From contig NC_057751.1 of assembly GCF_004010195.1 (NCBI RefSeq), positions 11,741,901 to 11,805,900 of the forward strand: a stretch of 64,000 bases of DNA, written 5' to 3'. Positions within the stretch are counted from its first letter, which is position 1; each line of letters opens with the position of its first letter. The stretch comes from Chiloscyllium plagiosum. Lineage: Eukaryota. A program made the translations under genes and the position numbers. The notes below the pieces were generated by a model. The model was not told the DNA's origin. It did not search any database and saw nothing but the letters and a program-made list of their open reading frames with translations. Below are positions 1-12,870 of the stretch, piece after piece.

Positions 1-380
1 CACACACACAGACAGACAAAGACCCACATGCACACATATATTTTGTGTGGTGAATTTTTTGTACTGCAGAGTTACATTGCACTTTGCTCAAAAACTACAT
101 ACATTCATGTGGAACTCTGAGCTCAAAAACTGCATGAATTTATGTAAAACTCTGTTATCTCACTTTTTAGATTAGAATCAATCTAAACATCAGGTCATAG
201 ACAGAGAACACAAGGGGCTAAAACCTTCAGCATATTGTCTAGCTATCACCATTGTTAACAGCTAACCCGAGAATGCAACTTTAAAAAAAAGGGTTTTGTG
301 ATTTACACATGAAAGAAGTGAAACTATCACTGTATTCTAACAGATGAAAGGCTTAACAGACAATCAGTTCTTCAATGTAT
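1..380 (+). mobile_element. Probable Penelope-like element 3' non-coding fragment (CA microsatellite plus ~34-bp tandem duplication)
   Basis: (CA)n at the start and a GCTCAAAAACT...AACTCTG duplication at ~87-153. It resembles the region that, as I recall, precedes the terminal repeat in shark PLEs. No ORF support. Confidence 0.35.
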
Positions 381-1259
381 CCCCATGAGCATCCCCATCC
401 CTCTTCATTCAATCTCAGCATTCTCACCTCTGTTCCTTTCTCCGTTGTTTCCTAAGCGAGGTAAAGTAACTTCCTCATTTTTGTTTGCTGTTTGTAACTA
501 TTTGGAGAAATGGATTACAAAGTACAACAGCACCATGTGATGGTCAAGAAACAAAATTGCATCTGAAGTGTCGGGAGACTGTCCTCATGCTGTCTATCCT
601 TTTATAACCACCAGGGTGCACACTTGTACAATAGGAAAAGGAAGCTGAACTTTGTCAAGTAATTCTCAACGTTCTTTCACATTCATTACATGCATATTTG
701 TCCTGCAGACAGATTTTCCGAATTACTAGTGAATCTTCCATGATGTACAGTAAATCCAAAAAAAAAGTCTTCTCGCAACTGTGTCATAATTTCCCTTTGA
801 ATGACTTCATAAAATAAACCCAGATGATTGAAGAAATATTAAATTTAAAAAGGTCCTTCGTTGAGCTATGTTAATTTCAATGACAGCCACGGCAATTGAA
901 GTTGGGAGCAGTCCCGTTAACCATACAATCCATGTTTATTTTTCCATTAAATGCTCCTTCCACCCCAACCCTTCATTGCATTTACTTTCTCTGACTTCTG
1001 CCTGTTGCATAATACTTCATAACTAAGGAATTAATCACTTCAGTGTCTCTCCTTGTTCCTCCTCCTCAGCTGTTATTGCTTCACTCATGGTGTTTTTCTG
1101 TTTTATTTTGGGAGGGGACCAACTGTTGCATGTTCTGGTGGTGATAGGAGCCATCCACAGCTGCATGCTCTTTCTGGTGGGGAATTCAGGGAAAAATAAA
1201 ATTATTGCCCTGTTCCTATCCACAGTCATTTGGTTATACTAGATTTCAGCAGCCATGAT

Positions 1260-1595
1260 ATAAAACATTGAAATAGATAAAACCATGAGGGGTCTTGAAA
1301 GGCTAAAAAAATGTAGAACTAGGGGGTCTCTGTTTTAAAAATAAGGGTTCGCCTTTTTTCTTTGTTCTTTTTTTCTTTCTGAGTCTCTAGAGTCTTTGGA
1401 ACTCTCTTCCTGACGCAGAGTTCGAAAATATTTTGCAAGCACAAGTGGATAGATTCTCGTTAAGCAGAGGGCTTGAAGGTTATCAAGGTAGACGGGAATA
1501 CAGATTTTAGTTTATAATCAAATCGACCAAGATTTATCGAACAGTGGGACAGGCTCAAGGGACTGAATGGCCTCATCCTGCTTCTTGTTCATATT
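1260..1595 (+). mobile_element. CR1 LINE 3' end fragment
   Basis: Degenerate RT C-terminus (TRG..LKI-like) and the typical tail GGCTCAAGGGACTGAATGGCCTCATCCTGCTTCT. Confidence 0.7.
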
Positions 1596-1608
1596 TTCAT
1601 AACAAATA

Positions 1609-1780
1609 CAGAGGAATCTCGATTATCTGAAGGACACCGGCTGGGAGTATTTTGTTCGGATAATCAATTGCTGGATAATCGATGCCAAATAACATGGTTA
1701 GCCATGCATCGGAACCTTGAGATCCTGTTTGGATCATCCGAAATTCGGTTAATCGAATGCTGGATCATTGAGGTTCCTCG
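1609..1780. mobile_element. Tigger/pogo-like MITE (Tc1/mariner superfamily, non-autonomous)
   Basis: Left end TA|CAGAGGAATCTCGATTATC is an imperfect inverted repeat of the right end GATCATTGAGGTTCCTCG|TA. Internal GGATAATC-like subrepeats. Confidence 0.6.
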
Positions 1781-3249
1781 TATACAAAAAGAAGCAGAAT
1801 TTGAAGGGCAGGAACTGGTCCATCTTGCCTTGAACAGTCTTCCTGATTCAAACTGAGGCTTCAATCTTAGTTCCAGCCAATCATTTGTCTCAAGTCAGTG
1901 ACATTCCTTCCAGTGAAGGTCATGCACAGTACAGTATCTAAGTAAATAGCTTCACTCCTTATTGTTGGTACCAGCCCTGTCTCCCAATTATACAATAAAT
2001 GCATTACAGCTCATGGCTGAAAGTAGAGATGGGCCAGATTTTAACTGCCAGTTTATGATTTGTATCAAGCTTTTCAGTGGCAAAGACACCAATCCAGGCA
2101 GTAGAATCATTGAAAGCACTGTATTTTTAAAAAAAAAGGTTTGTCAAAACCTGAATGCAAACATCATGGATCCCACAGCATGGGTGAAGTAGGCAGATTT
2201 GCTGAATCTATTCAGGACATGGTTCTGCACTATAACTGCAGCATTGTACCTGTGCTTCGCATTAAATTCCTGATGATTTTAAAAAAAAATAAATAGGTCT
2301 TTAGGAACCATGTTGGTTTTGCAGTGTGCTAAAAAAGGCCAGTTCCTGTGCCTGGAATAGTATGGGTGGGTATATCCTGAGTGAAAGTTCCTGAGGGTGA
2401 CCACACTCACTGCATTTAAACGTTGACTTCCTGGTAGGCAAAAAAAAAGACCTTGAAATTTCTCACAGTATTGCTACCTCGTTCTGTGCCTTTGTCTGTC
2501 AGTAACTTCTTCATCATTGAGTCCAAACTGATTGTCACATTAGAGGTGTCCAACATTTATAATTTCCTTGTCGTTACTTTGCTGTGTTCAGCTGTTTGGT
2601 GATGCAACTCAAGTGCACAGAAGCCACACACTCAAAACTACCAAACCAATATTTAGAAATCTCCAGAGCAGTCATTGCAATGTGAGTGGTTTTGTATCCA
2701 ATACAGGAATTATTGTGATGCGTATCTCAATTATTTCTAATTTTTAAATTAGTGTCGTATTGAAATAACAAAATTGTAAAAGACAAGTTGGCCAACCTGT
2801 TATTTCTAAAAAGTAAGACTTGCATTTATAAGATTCCTATCTGAGCATTTTAACGACATTGAAGGACTTAGGAAGTGTAGATATTGGTGTAATGTAAACA
2901 ACGGCCAACATGCACAGAACAATATTTATTTATATTAAAATTTGCAATGAGGAAGGACACGACCAAATGATCCACTGCTGTTCCTATGAATTATTCTAAA
3001 TTGAGTGTAATTGTACATAAGAGATGTATCACAAATATTACTTCTAAAAAAGTTAAAATTGGATTTCATAAAGCATTTTTCATGACATGAGCACTGCTTG
3101 AACCACTTTGCAGTCAGTATTGGTCAGGATGGCTTGGAGATTGGGTAAGGGGACAAATTGAATGGAACTGCGTGACAGACAACTTCTGTCCTTGAGTGTG
3201 TGCGGAAGTTGAAATAATTTCATTTTTCTGTTTTGTTTTCTACAAACAG

Positions 3250-3333
3250 GCAGATAGCCCTGAGGAAATGGAAAGCTGGATGAAAGCCATCAATCAGGCA
3301 ATCAAGGCAGTCAAGTGTTCAAACAATCCCACA
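3250..3333 (+). CDS. PLEKHA2: PLEKHA2 (TAPP2) penultimate coding exon, end of second PH domain
   Basis: Polypyrimidine tract + CAG acceptor and GTACGT donor. 84 nt, phase 0/0. Encodes ADSPEEMESWMKAINQAIKAVKCSNNPT, matching the PH C-terminal helix of TAPP2 (recalled ADSPEDMHSWIKEIGAAVQALKC). Confidence 0.93.
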
Positions 3334-4449
3334 GTACGTCTCCCTCTTACATGTAAAATACTTGATTTGTTTGAGTCCACTGCTTAGTAAAGATAAAATT
3401 TTCAATTAAAAATACATTAAGGCTATATTGAAGTGCCAGCGGTTATATTATTGCTGATTGGCATGGCTGCACAAATACTGTAGGATAAATGGCACTCCGA
3501 GTAGCATCTTTCAGGAAAATGCTGCTTTTCTAATGTGGTAATGAAATTGTGATAATAGATTTTATGTTGTAAACAAAGAGAGTTGAAAAGAAATTAACTA
3601 GTTGCTCAGTATGTGTAATATATAATTTTGCTCATATCACTTCACACCGCTTTCTCCTTTTCAGAGCCACTAGCTGGTGGCTCAGGAAGAGTTGCAGTAC
3701 TGTCCATTGTGTGCCCTTCATGTTTCTGTTACCTTCATGTACTCATGTATGTGAGTAAACAACTTATACAGTTGTGATATGTTTGGGTGGGGTAGGGGGA
3801 GAGGTGTTTTTGAAGCTGACTTCAGTCTCCTGAACTTCACATCAGCAGAAGTTTGTGAGTGGCAATCAGAAGCAAAGACAACACTTGCATTCACTTGGCA
3901 TTTCTGAAGCCAAGGTGAATCCCAAAGTACCTTCTTAAAGCTGAGCTACTTGGTACTTTTCTGCCCAAACTTCATATTACCTAGTCTTGTTGCATTTGGA
4001 CATTGATATTAGGTAAGGTGACTGAAAGTTTTGTCAAATAAGTCAGTGTGAAGGACAGTCACAGGTGGCGAGAGGGATGGCAGGATTAAACAAGAGAACT
4101 AGAGCTTGCTGGAAGTATCAATGATGGTATAAAGGGAGAGAAGAATGCAAGTGAAGTTGAATTTTTTTTTCATTTATTCAAGAATCTGGGCACTTCTGGC
4201 CAGGCCAGCATTTATTTCCCATTCTTCATTGCTTTTGAGAAGGTGGTGGTGTGTTGCCTTCTTGAACTACATCAGTCCATTTGAAGTAGAATTGGAGGGT
4301 TTAAACTAATGCTCAAAACTAATAAACAGGGCAGTAGGAACCAGGGCAATAGGTCAGCATTTAGAGTGTTTGAAGAGAAGATAGCAGCTAAATCTAGTAA
4401 ACCTAATAGGAAGAACAGGCAGGGTAGGATAGGCAAGGGCTTCGTGAAA

Positions 4450-4770
4450 TTATCACTAGGCTGTTAATCCAGAGACAAAGGGAATGTCCTGGGGACTCAA
4501 GTTCAAATCCTACCATGACAGATGGTGAAATTTGAATTCAGTAAAAAAAACTCTGGAATTAACAGTCTAATGATGACCATGGATCCATTATGATTTGTTG
4601 AGGGGATTACCCATCTGGTTCACTAATACCCTTTAGAGAAGGAAACTGCCATCTTTACCTGGTCTGGCCTATGTGTGTGGTTGACTCTTAAACTGTCTTT
4701 TGGTCAATTAGGGTTCGAAGATACATGTTGACCTAACCACTGAAACACTTATCCCTGAATGGATAAATAA
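4450..4770 (+). mobile_element. tRNA-derived SINE with LINE-like tail
   Basis: B-box-like GTTCAAATCC and body CCATCTGGTTCACTAAT...ACCTGGTCTGGCCTA. Related copies at ~33740-34110 (+) and ~45160-45330 (-). Confidence 0.55.
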
Positions 4771-4774
4771 AATC

Positions 4775-6160
4775 CTGTCCCTAAGAACATTCTCCAATAA
4801 TTTCCCTCCCACTGTAAGGCTTATTGGCCACTAATTCCCTGGATTATCCCTGTTGCCCTTCTGAACAAAGCAACAACCTTGGCTATTCTCTGGTCTTCCA
4901 TGACATTGCCTGTGGCTGAAGACGATATGAAGATCTCTGTCAAGATCCCAGCGATCACCTATCATTGCCTCCTTCAGTATTCTGGGGTAGCTTCTATCAG
5001 GCCCTTAGAATTTATCTATCTTAATGTTTTTCAAGACACCCAACAGATCCTCCTCCTTAACATCAAAAAACCTTTCTCTAAATTTACCATTATCTATGTC
5101 TTTTTCCTCAGTGAAACACCTCATTAAACACCTCAAATCATTTCCTCTGACTCCTCACAAAAATTATTTCTTTTTTTCTTTGAGTGGACCTACCCTTTTC
5201 TAAGTTACTCTCTTGCTCCTATTATAATGTATAAAATGCTGTGGTATTTTCCTTAATCGTATTTGCCAAGGACATTTTATGGTCCCTTCCAGTCCGTCTA
5301 ATTTCTTTTTCATGTTCTCTTGTGCTTCCTTCAGAATCCCCAAGGGCCTTGTTAGCTTTCTATTTCCTAAACCTTAATATTCATCTCTTTACTTCTTAAC
5401 TTAACTTACAACATCTCACATCATCCAAGATTCCCAAACCTTGCCATCCATATCTTTCATCCTCACAGAAACATGCTGGTCCTGAATGCTGATCAACTGG
5501 GCTTTTAGAAGATTCTCATATGTCAGATGTGGATTTACCTTCAAACAGCTGCCTCCAATCCAATTTTTCTGGATCCTGCCTAACACCATTATCATTAGCC
5601 TTCCCCCAGTTTAGTACTTCCACCCAATAACCAGCCTTTTTCTTTTTCATAATTATCTTGAAGCTTATGGAATTCTGATCACTGTTCCAAAATTCTCCCC
5701 CACTGGAACTTTGATCACTTAACCAGGGTCATTCCCCAATTCATGACCTAATATGGCCCCTTCCCTAGCTGGACTATCCACATATTGTTTCAAAAATCCC
5801 TCCTGGATGCACCTAATAAATTCTGCCTATCCAAGCCTCTGATACGAAAGGAGTCCCAGTGAATACCGGGGACATGAAAAGTCATCCAGTGCCACAACCC
5901 TGTTGTTTTTGCATCTTTCCATGATCTGCTTACAGATCTGTTTCTCTAATTCCTGCTGATAATTGGGAAGCCTATAATAGAACCCCATCATAGTGATTGC
6001 ACCTTTCTTATTGCTAAGTTCTATCCATATTGCTTTGCTGGATGACTCCTCCAAGATGCCATCTCTTGAGTACAGCTATGACATTCTCCTTAATCGTAAT
6101 GCAACTCCTCCACTCCTTTAACATCTTTCTCTATCATACCTGAAATACCTAAACCCTGAA
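4775..6160 (-). mobile_element. CR1 LINE ORF2 remnant (endonuclease to early RT)
   Basis: Minus-strand ORF 5827-6054 AIWIELSNKKGAITMMGFYYRLPN... resembles the APE endonuclease. The remnant has frameshifts and stops. Confidence 0.8.
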
Positions 6161-6194
6161 CTCTCTGAACAGACACCTCTAAACACAACATCAG

Positions 6195-7710
6195 TCCTGG
6201 GAGACTGGACAATTGCAAATGTGACACTGTTGTTGAAGAAAGCGGGGAGGGATAACCCAGGGAACTACAAATCTGTCAGCTCAACATCAATAGTAGAAAA
6301 ACTGAAGGAGGAGAAAGTGAGGACTGCAGATACTGAAGATCAGCGTCAAGAGTGTGGTGCTGGAAAAGCACAACAGGTCAGGCAGCATCCGAGGAACAGG
6401 AGAATCAATGTTTCGGGCATAAGCCCTGACAGAAGGAGGCCATAATACAGAAAAAGATAAATATACACTTAGAGAAAAATACATTCATACCAGACTTTCA
6501 ACATGGCTTTGTCAAGGGTAGATCATGTCTGACAAATTTAATTAAATTCTTTGATGAGGTGACACAGGGAATGGATGAGGGCAGTGTTATGGATGTTGTA
6601 TATTTGGACTTTCAGAAAGCACTTGATATGATGCCACATGGCAGGGTTGGTTTGCACATTAGAAATGTTTGCGATTGATAGGTCCTTGGCAGCACAGATC
6701 AGAAGTTGGCTAGAACATCGGAAACAAAAGGTGGGTATAGATGAGCATTTCTCAGATTGGAGATAGCTGAAAGTGATGTTACGTGGGGTATGTGTTGCGA
6801 TCCTTGCTTTCTTTGCTTTATATAAATGATCAGTGTTGAAGACAAAATCTGTAAATTTGCATATGATACTAAGCGAGGAAGAAACGTGAAGTGTGACTTC
6901 AGAGGGACTTTGATAAGTTGGCCAAATGGGTAGACACCTGGCACATTAATTTCATTTCAGAGAAATGTGAAGTAATGCAGTTTCGTCGAAGAAACACAGA
7001 CAATTCAGGCTCAATTGTACAACTTTGAGGGGAATATCAGAGCAGAGGGACCTTTGAATTCAAATGGATAATTCTCTGAAGGTGGCTAGGCAAGTTGAAA
7101 CTATTGTTTAGAAGGCTTCTTGGATCCTTGAGTTTATAAAGAGAGGCAAAGGGTATAAAAGCAAGGAGTGATGTTGAACTGAACAAACCATTGGTCAGAC
7201 CATATTAAGGACAGATCTTAAAGGCCTGGAGAGTGCAAAGGAAATTTACTAGAATGGTGGCAGGCATGAGGGATTTTAGACACACAGAAAGATGATCAAA
7301 TTGGGCTCATTCTCCTTGGAGCGGAAAAAATTAAAAGCTGACCTTACTGAGATGTTCAAAATTATGAACAGTTTTAAGAGGGGTAAAGAAAGTTTTCAGT
7401 TTCCATTTCTTGGTATTTCACTAACTAGGAATCACTATTTCAAGATTGTCAGCAACAGAGCTCAGAGTGCGATGAGGAGAAGCCTTTTTTACTCAGAGAG
7501 TTGTGAGGATTTGGATTAGAGTGCCGAGGAGAGTGTGGAAGCAGATTCCGTGGAACATTTCATAGAAAAGCTGGATATATATTTGAAAGTGATTAATTTC
7601 GAGGGCTACCGAGAATAAGGCTGGAGAATGGAACTAGCTGGGTACCTCTTTCAGGAACTGGTACAGACACCATGGGCTGATTGGTATTCCTCTGTTCGAT
7701 AAAATTCTGA
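6195..7710 (+). mobile_element. CR1 LINE RT remnant with 3' tail
   Basis: KKAGRDNPGNYKSVS, QHGFVKGRSCLTNL, YLDFQKALD and FSLERKKLKADLTEMFKIM motifs. Confidence 0.85.
6312..6431 (-). mobile_element. Penelope-like solo terminal fragment inserted in CR1
   Basis: Same family as 18872-19490. Flanked by direct repeat GAAGGAGG (6304-6311 / 6432-6439). Truncated within the ribozyme motif. Confidence 0.75.
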
Positions 7711-7807
7711 GTCTAACTGCCTTCCTAACAGCACTGTGAGTGTACCTGCATCACATTGATTGCAGTAACTTCAGAAAACAACTCATCACTACCTTCTCAA
7801 GGGTCAT

Positions 7808-7933
7808 GATTTGGAGATGCCGGTGTTGGACTGGGGTGTACAAAGTTAAAAATCACACAACACCAGGTTATAGTCCAACAGGTTTAATTGGAAGCACACT
7901 AGCTTTTGGAACGATGCTCCATCAGGTGATTGT
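7808..7933 (-). mobile_element. Penelope-like solo terminal fragment (second family), degenerate hammerhead
   Basis: CACCAGGTTATAGTCCAACAGGTTT is shared with 18630-18822. TSD GGGTCAT (7801-7807 / 7934-7940). Confidence 0.7.
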
Positions 7934-9404
7934 GGGTCATTAGGAATATGGGACAATTAATAATGGCCATCCACCATGTAGGAACAATTGAAAAAAAATC
8001 CATGGCACCTTACAAGCTGCAGTTTGTTAATTTTGAATGACTATTTTTGTGAGGATTCATTGAAACTCTTCTCATTCACTTAGATAGATTTGAAGCAGTG
8101 TCCATTCTGAAATTTTAGACCACCGCATTTCAAGCATCCAAACATGGAGAAAAACTAGAGGGCAAACCATCTTGAGTTATTCCTACTTCTAAGGCCAGCT
8201 CAGGTGCAACAGCATGGATCTTCAGACAGTCAGTTTGAAGAATCATTACTGAGACATGCAGGGCCTAATACATGAAATGAATTAGATTATTCAATTAATT
8301 GTCAAATCATTTCAAAACAAAAGTAAAATAATGAGAAAAAAAATGGGATTTCTGAAATCTCTAAACTAAACATTTCTCAATTTTCAATGCCAGAGATGCT
8401 ACTCAGTCATGATTAAGACTTACTGTATCATTTAAAAATTCATCTCAGCATTAATGCTGACACACCCTAACTTATTCTTCAGTGTTTGTAAATCTCACAG
8501 CTTCATGGTCTGAGCTGATATCTCATTCTGATTTTATTGGTGTGGTGCAGGTTTTAGGTAGCCTCTGGAGGATCAGGGAAAACAACAGCAACATCAGGAG
8601 TTCTGTGTTTTGACTGCACAGTGTGCAGACTCTGGAAGTGACTGCATAATTTGTTGCATAATAACAGTGAACTCTGTTCATCCGATCTTTATTCTCAGCC
8701 CAAAATCTGGCCATTCAAACGGAGTGAGCAGAAAGAAATTACCACTGTAAATGCCCATGCTCCACATATAAGAATGCCATACAAATGATAAATCCACTTG
8801 CCATTTTCTAATTTTATTTCTGCCATCTGCTAACAGCACATAAGCATTTGGGCTGGTTGTTGGTTTGGACAAGCTGCGAACGAAGTATTCCATTTCATAC
8901 CAAATCGTAAGGGAAAAGGAAACAACTGTGATTGTTGACCAGTCAGTTACCCATTGACTGAAGTGCCAGGAGTATGATCAAAATGCAGATGGTTGTTCAT
9001 TATTTCAAGCTGTGGCTTTGCAGCTCAATGGAATATGATTAACTTGAAAATGCAGCAAATAAGGTCACAGAGCAATCACTTTCTAACAGCTGATTTGAAG
9101 TGTCAACCATGGTCGTTTTGGCAGGGGATGCACAGTTTTTGATGCTGTTTGCCAGGCATTTTCTGAGAAGTAGGTTTTGCAGCAAGAGTTCATTATTTTC
9201 AAATGGTTTGTGAATAATTGCATGGAAATTTATCAAACACTATGAAAGCATTGACAATTTTCTGCCTGATCATTTTGCTTTGGGTGCATTTGCATAGACA
9301 GAATAATTACTGTTAGATCAGTTGGGCAGTGTATGAAGTGTGATGGGCAAAGGAACAGAATTTTCTGGGCAGACTGCAAGGATCAGAGATAAGAGCAAAA
9401 AAAA

Positions 9405-9613
9405 ATGCTGCAAAAGCCCAGTATCTATGGAGAGAAATAGTTATTGTTTCAGGGTCAATGGACTTTCATCAAAGTATTTCTGATGAGAGGTCCTGAAACT
9501 ATCTGGGACATTATCTGTGTTTCTGTCTTAACAGGTGCTGCCTGACCTTCTGAGCTTTTCCAGCTTTCATTTTCCTTCTGTCAGATTTCCAGCATCTGCA
9601 ACATTTTCCTTTT
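9405..9613. mobile_element. Old inverted-repeat Penelope-like remnant
   Basis: GTTTCAGGGTC...TTTCATCAAA faces CTGATGAGAGGTC. Tail GCTGCCTGACC...TTTCCAGCATCTGCA is shared with other PLE termini in the window. Confidence 0.5.
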
Positions 9614-9737
9614 GCAAGGACCAGAGGATCATAACCAGTTCATCATTTTTGAGAGGCTTACAGATTGCATGGTATTTAGAAAGGAAATTTCGGTGATGTT
9701 ATGTTCCCTTTCCTCATGAGTTTAATATCATTCACAG

Positions 9738-10148
9738 GCTCCGGTTCAATCCAGTTTCATCAGCAGAACTTCTTCGTCACAGCCAGTTGATTCGCTGACT
9801 GCATCAAACCCATCCCCCTCGGTGTTGTTATGGCCTCAGTCTAATTCCAAGCCCCAAGGAGAAGAAAAACGACCTCTCTCCAAGTCTACCTCCGTGGTGT
9901 CATCATGGCAGCCATGGACTCCTGTGCCAGGTACTGGTGAGCCACTTATGTCTCCAGTAGAGGAGGTGGGCAGGAATGAGAGTGCCCTGAAAACACCACC
10001 TGAAGTACCCAAACCACAGCTGTCAATGAAGGAAGATGTGAATGGTCAGGGGAAGCGCCGCAGACACAGGTCACAGCCAGCACCCAAAAAGGAGCATCAG
10101 TTCCAGTACAATGTTGATGATGACGGCATCCGAACAACAGATGTTTAA
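9738..10148 (+). CDS. PLEKHA2: PLEKHA2 (TAPP2) last coding exon
   Basis: TTCACAG acceptor, in frame with the previous exon. Encodes ...SVVSSWQPWTPVP...RHRSQP...FQYNVDDDGIRTTDV*, matching recalled TAPP2 SSWQPWTPVP / RHRSEP / DDENIRTSDV. Class I PDZ-binding end (T-D-V). Confidence 0.95.
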   Translation, partial: APVQSSFISRTSSSQPVDSLTASNPSPSVLLWPQSNSKPQGEEKRPLSKSTSVVSSWQPWTPVPGTGEPLMSPVEEVGRNESALKTPPEVPKPQLSMKEDVNGQGKRRRHRSQPAPKKEHQFQYNVDDDGIRTTDV

Positions 10149-11591
10149 TAACAGTAAACTTGTCTTTTCCCATTGTTCATTCTGTCTAGGATTAGTGACT
10201 CAAATAGTTTTCATTTTGGATAAAAGTGCCTGCTTGTAAACAGCTTAGCTTGCCAGTGTCCTTGCTGAAGCTTCATTACCGAGTAAAGTCAGGAAACAAT
10301 GTTGGAGACTAAAGGCTCAAGAAAGCAGCTATATCATGTTTTTGTATGGCTGCTCTTTACATTTCCATTCCTACTCGATTCAACAGGATAACAGCATGGC
10401 CGGATTCTGGCAACTGAAATGCAAGCCACCCAAGGGCCCAGTACGACCTAGCACAGCCAATGGGTCTCTGTGATACACTGATGATGAGGAATGTATTAAA
10501 ATTGAAGCAATTTTTACGTTCCTGAGGTGTAGCTAAGCCCTTTGTGCACATTTGTCACTGAAACACTGTGGAAAACACAGAAGCACAGACAAGTGCTGCA
10601 ACATTCTAGCCATTGAGGGAGACGGAATTTGGATTCTGCATTCCTTAATTGTGTCAATTAACTGTGTTATTTGCAGTTCTTAAATCTCTGTTGCTGCCTT
10701 TCTGCAAATGGACGTGGGTCAGTTTCTCAAGGAAGAAGTGCGTCAAGAAAAAAAGTTGTTCCAGTCCCAGAATCATCATGTCCTATACCTGCTTTTTCCT
10801 TCCTCAGGCAAGGCATTGAACAAACATTTATTTTGTCTCAGTGTTCCCTGCACTGTTTTCTGTTTGTTCCTCCGGAAGCATTTCTAAACAACTGATTAGT
10901 GGGACTTGCGCTCCCACTGTTCTGTATATATTATTAAGGTTCAGGCAGAGTCCATCATGACATTGCAATTGAAAACAGCTCCATATTTTGCGACTCAGTT
11001 CTATAACCTCTCCTAGGTAGAGAGCCCAGCCAGTGAAAAATTGCAATGACGCACGATCAATTAGGAGGATTATACTTGATCCCATTCTCAACTAATTTGT
11101 ACTCTTTGGCGCAAGTTTGTTTGCATAGGAAAGATCAAGTAGGAAAATAAGAGAGCCAGAATTATTTCTTTGTTGTTTAGACAGCCTTTACTGCCTTTGA
11201 GGAAGATAGCATGGATGTCAAGAGAGGTTACGGTGGTGAAAATTACAAAACAAAGTTTGACAGTAAATTATATTCAGGAAGAGGAAACAGTTTGTCCAGA
11301 TTCACATTGCTGGGATACACTCATGTGAGGAATGTCAAATATGACTTGGATTTTGTGTTGCCCCAGAGAATAACTATCCTGCCAATGATCTGTGCTGAGA
11401 TTTGCACATCAACAGTCCTCAGCAGGATGAGGCACTGTTAAATTGCTAACTTTGGACCTCAGCAAAGAGTTTTCAGGAAAAGAGGGCAGAGAATCAGATT
11501 TGAAAAAGGAAATAAAAGTAAACATTGTGTTGATCGATGGTTCACTTTATGCAGAGATGACAGAATGCTGGTTTCATGCTGATCGTTTAGT

Positions 11592-12270
11592 TTCATAGAA
11601 TAAAGAACTTTGCAGTACAGAAGGACACCATTTGATTGTGTCTATACTGGCTTCCAAAAGCTAGTCCCAGTTAGCTCACCCCATTTTCCAGTCTTAACTC
11701 CATAGCTCTCGAAGTTCATCTCTTTGAAATACATCCAGTTCACTCTTGAACCTTTCTATGGATCTGCTTCCACCATTCTCCCAGGAGCATATTCCAAGTC
11801 CTAATAAATCTCTGAATCAAAAAACTTCTTTTCATCTCACTCCGAGCTCTCCTGCTGACAGTCTTGAAATTGTAACCTCTCGTTACTGACATACCAAATA
11901 GTGGAAACAGAATATCCTTCTTTACCCAATTAAAATTGTTTATCATTTTGAATATCTCAATGAGGTCACCTCTTAATCTTTTGTACTCCAAGGAGCTCAT
12001 TTTTGTCCAACCATACTTTGTATCAAAAATCCTTCATTTCTGGTGTCATTCTAGTAAATCTCCTTTACACTCCCACCAGGGCTTTAACATCCTTCCTTAA
12101 ATAAGGTGCCCAGAACTAAACATAATGTTTCAAATGTCGTCTGACCAATAATTTGGAGAAGTGTAGCATCAGTTCCTTGCATTTATACTCTGACTCTATT
12201 TATAAATCCAAGGTGCCTATCAGCCTTGAAAACAATTGTTTCAAGTTTCCTGACGACCTTCAGAGAATCA
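11592..12270 (-). mobile_element. CR1 LINE 3' fragment
   Basis: ORF 11740-12000 SLEYKRLRGDLIEIFKMI...TRGYNFK. Confidence 0.85.
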
Positions 12271-12392
12271 TGCAAATTATTTCACTAAATGCATGGAGTG
12301 TAGTTTTGTTCACTACACTCCATGCATTTACATATATGGAATTTAACTTTTCCTTTATCTCTTTTTTGCCCATTGGAACACGACCATTTCAT

Positions 12393-12870
12393 TGTTTTTT
12401 TAATTTATTAGAAAAGATTTTATACGTATACATTGTCACTCGACACAGTTTTTACAAATGTAGAAAAAACAAACACACGGTGTTTCTTACTCAAAGAAAC
12501 CTATTTGTATACACTTGAGGTACCAGGAGGGCCCGATAACTGAACAGACCCCCCCCCCCCCCCCATTTATCTTTGGCAGAAAGACCTCAGACAATGGTCT
12601 TTGCCTACTTTGCCTTGGTGGCAGCTGCCCCAAGCTTTAGTGTAACCCTCAGCAGGTAGTCCTGGATCGTGGAATGTGCCAGTCTGCAACACTTGGACAA
12701 GATCACCTCCTTACACTGGAAGATCAGCAGGGTTCGAGCAGACTAAAGCATGTCTTTCACTGAGTTGATGGTCCTCCAGGCACAGTTGATGTTTTTCTCG
12801 GTGTGCACCCTGGGGCACAGACCGTAGAGGAGAGTCTGTGTTATGGAGCTACTTGACAAAATCCACTGAA
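12393..12870 (-). mobile_element. Tx1/L1-clade LINE 3' end (ORF2 C-terminus, 3' UTR, A-rich tail)
   Basis: Minus-strand translation LLYGLCPRVHTEKNINCAWRTINSVKDML*SARTLLIFQCKE...CCRLAHSTIQDYLLR. T-rich terminus at ~12393. Confidence 0.65.

Noticed and set aside
709..750. CAG-flanked segment translating QIFRITSESSMMY, vaguely like the preceding PH-domain exon
   Set aside because: Lacks the expected FEI..RTFYVQ motif and has a weak donor. The true exon is probably upstream of the window.
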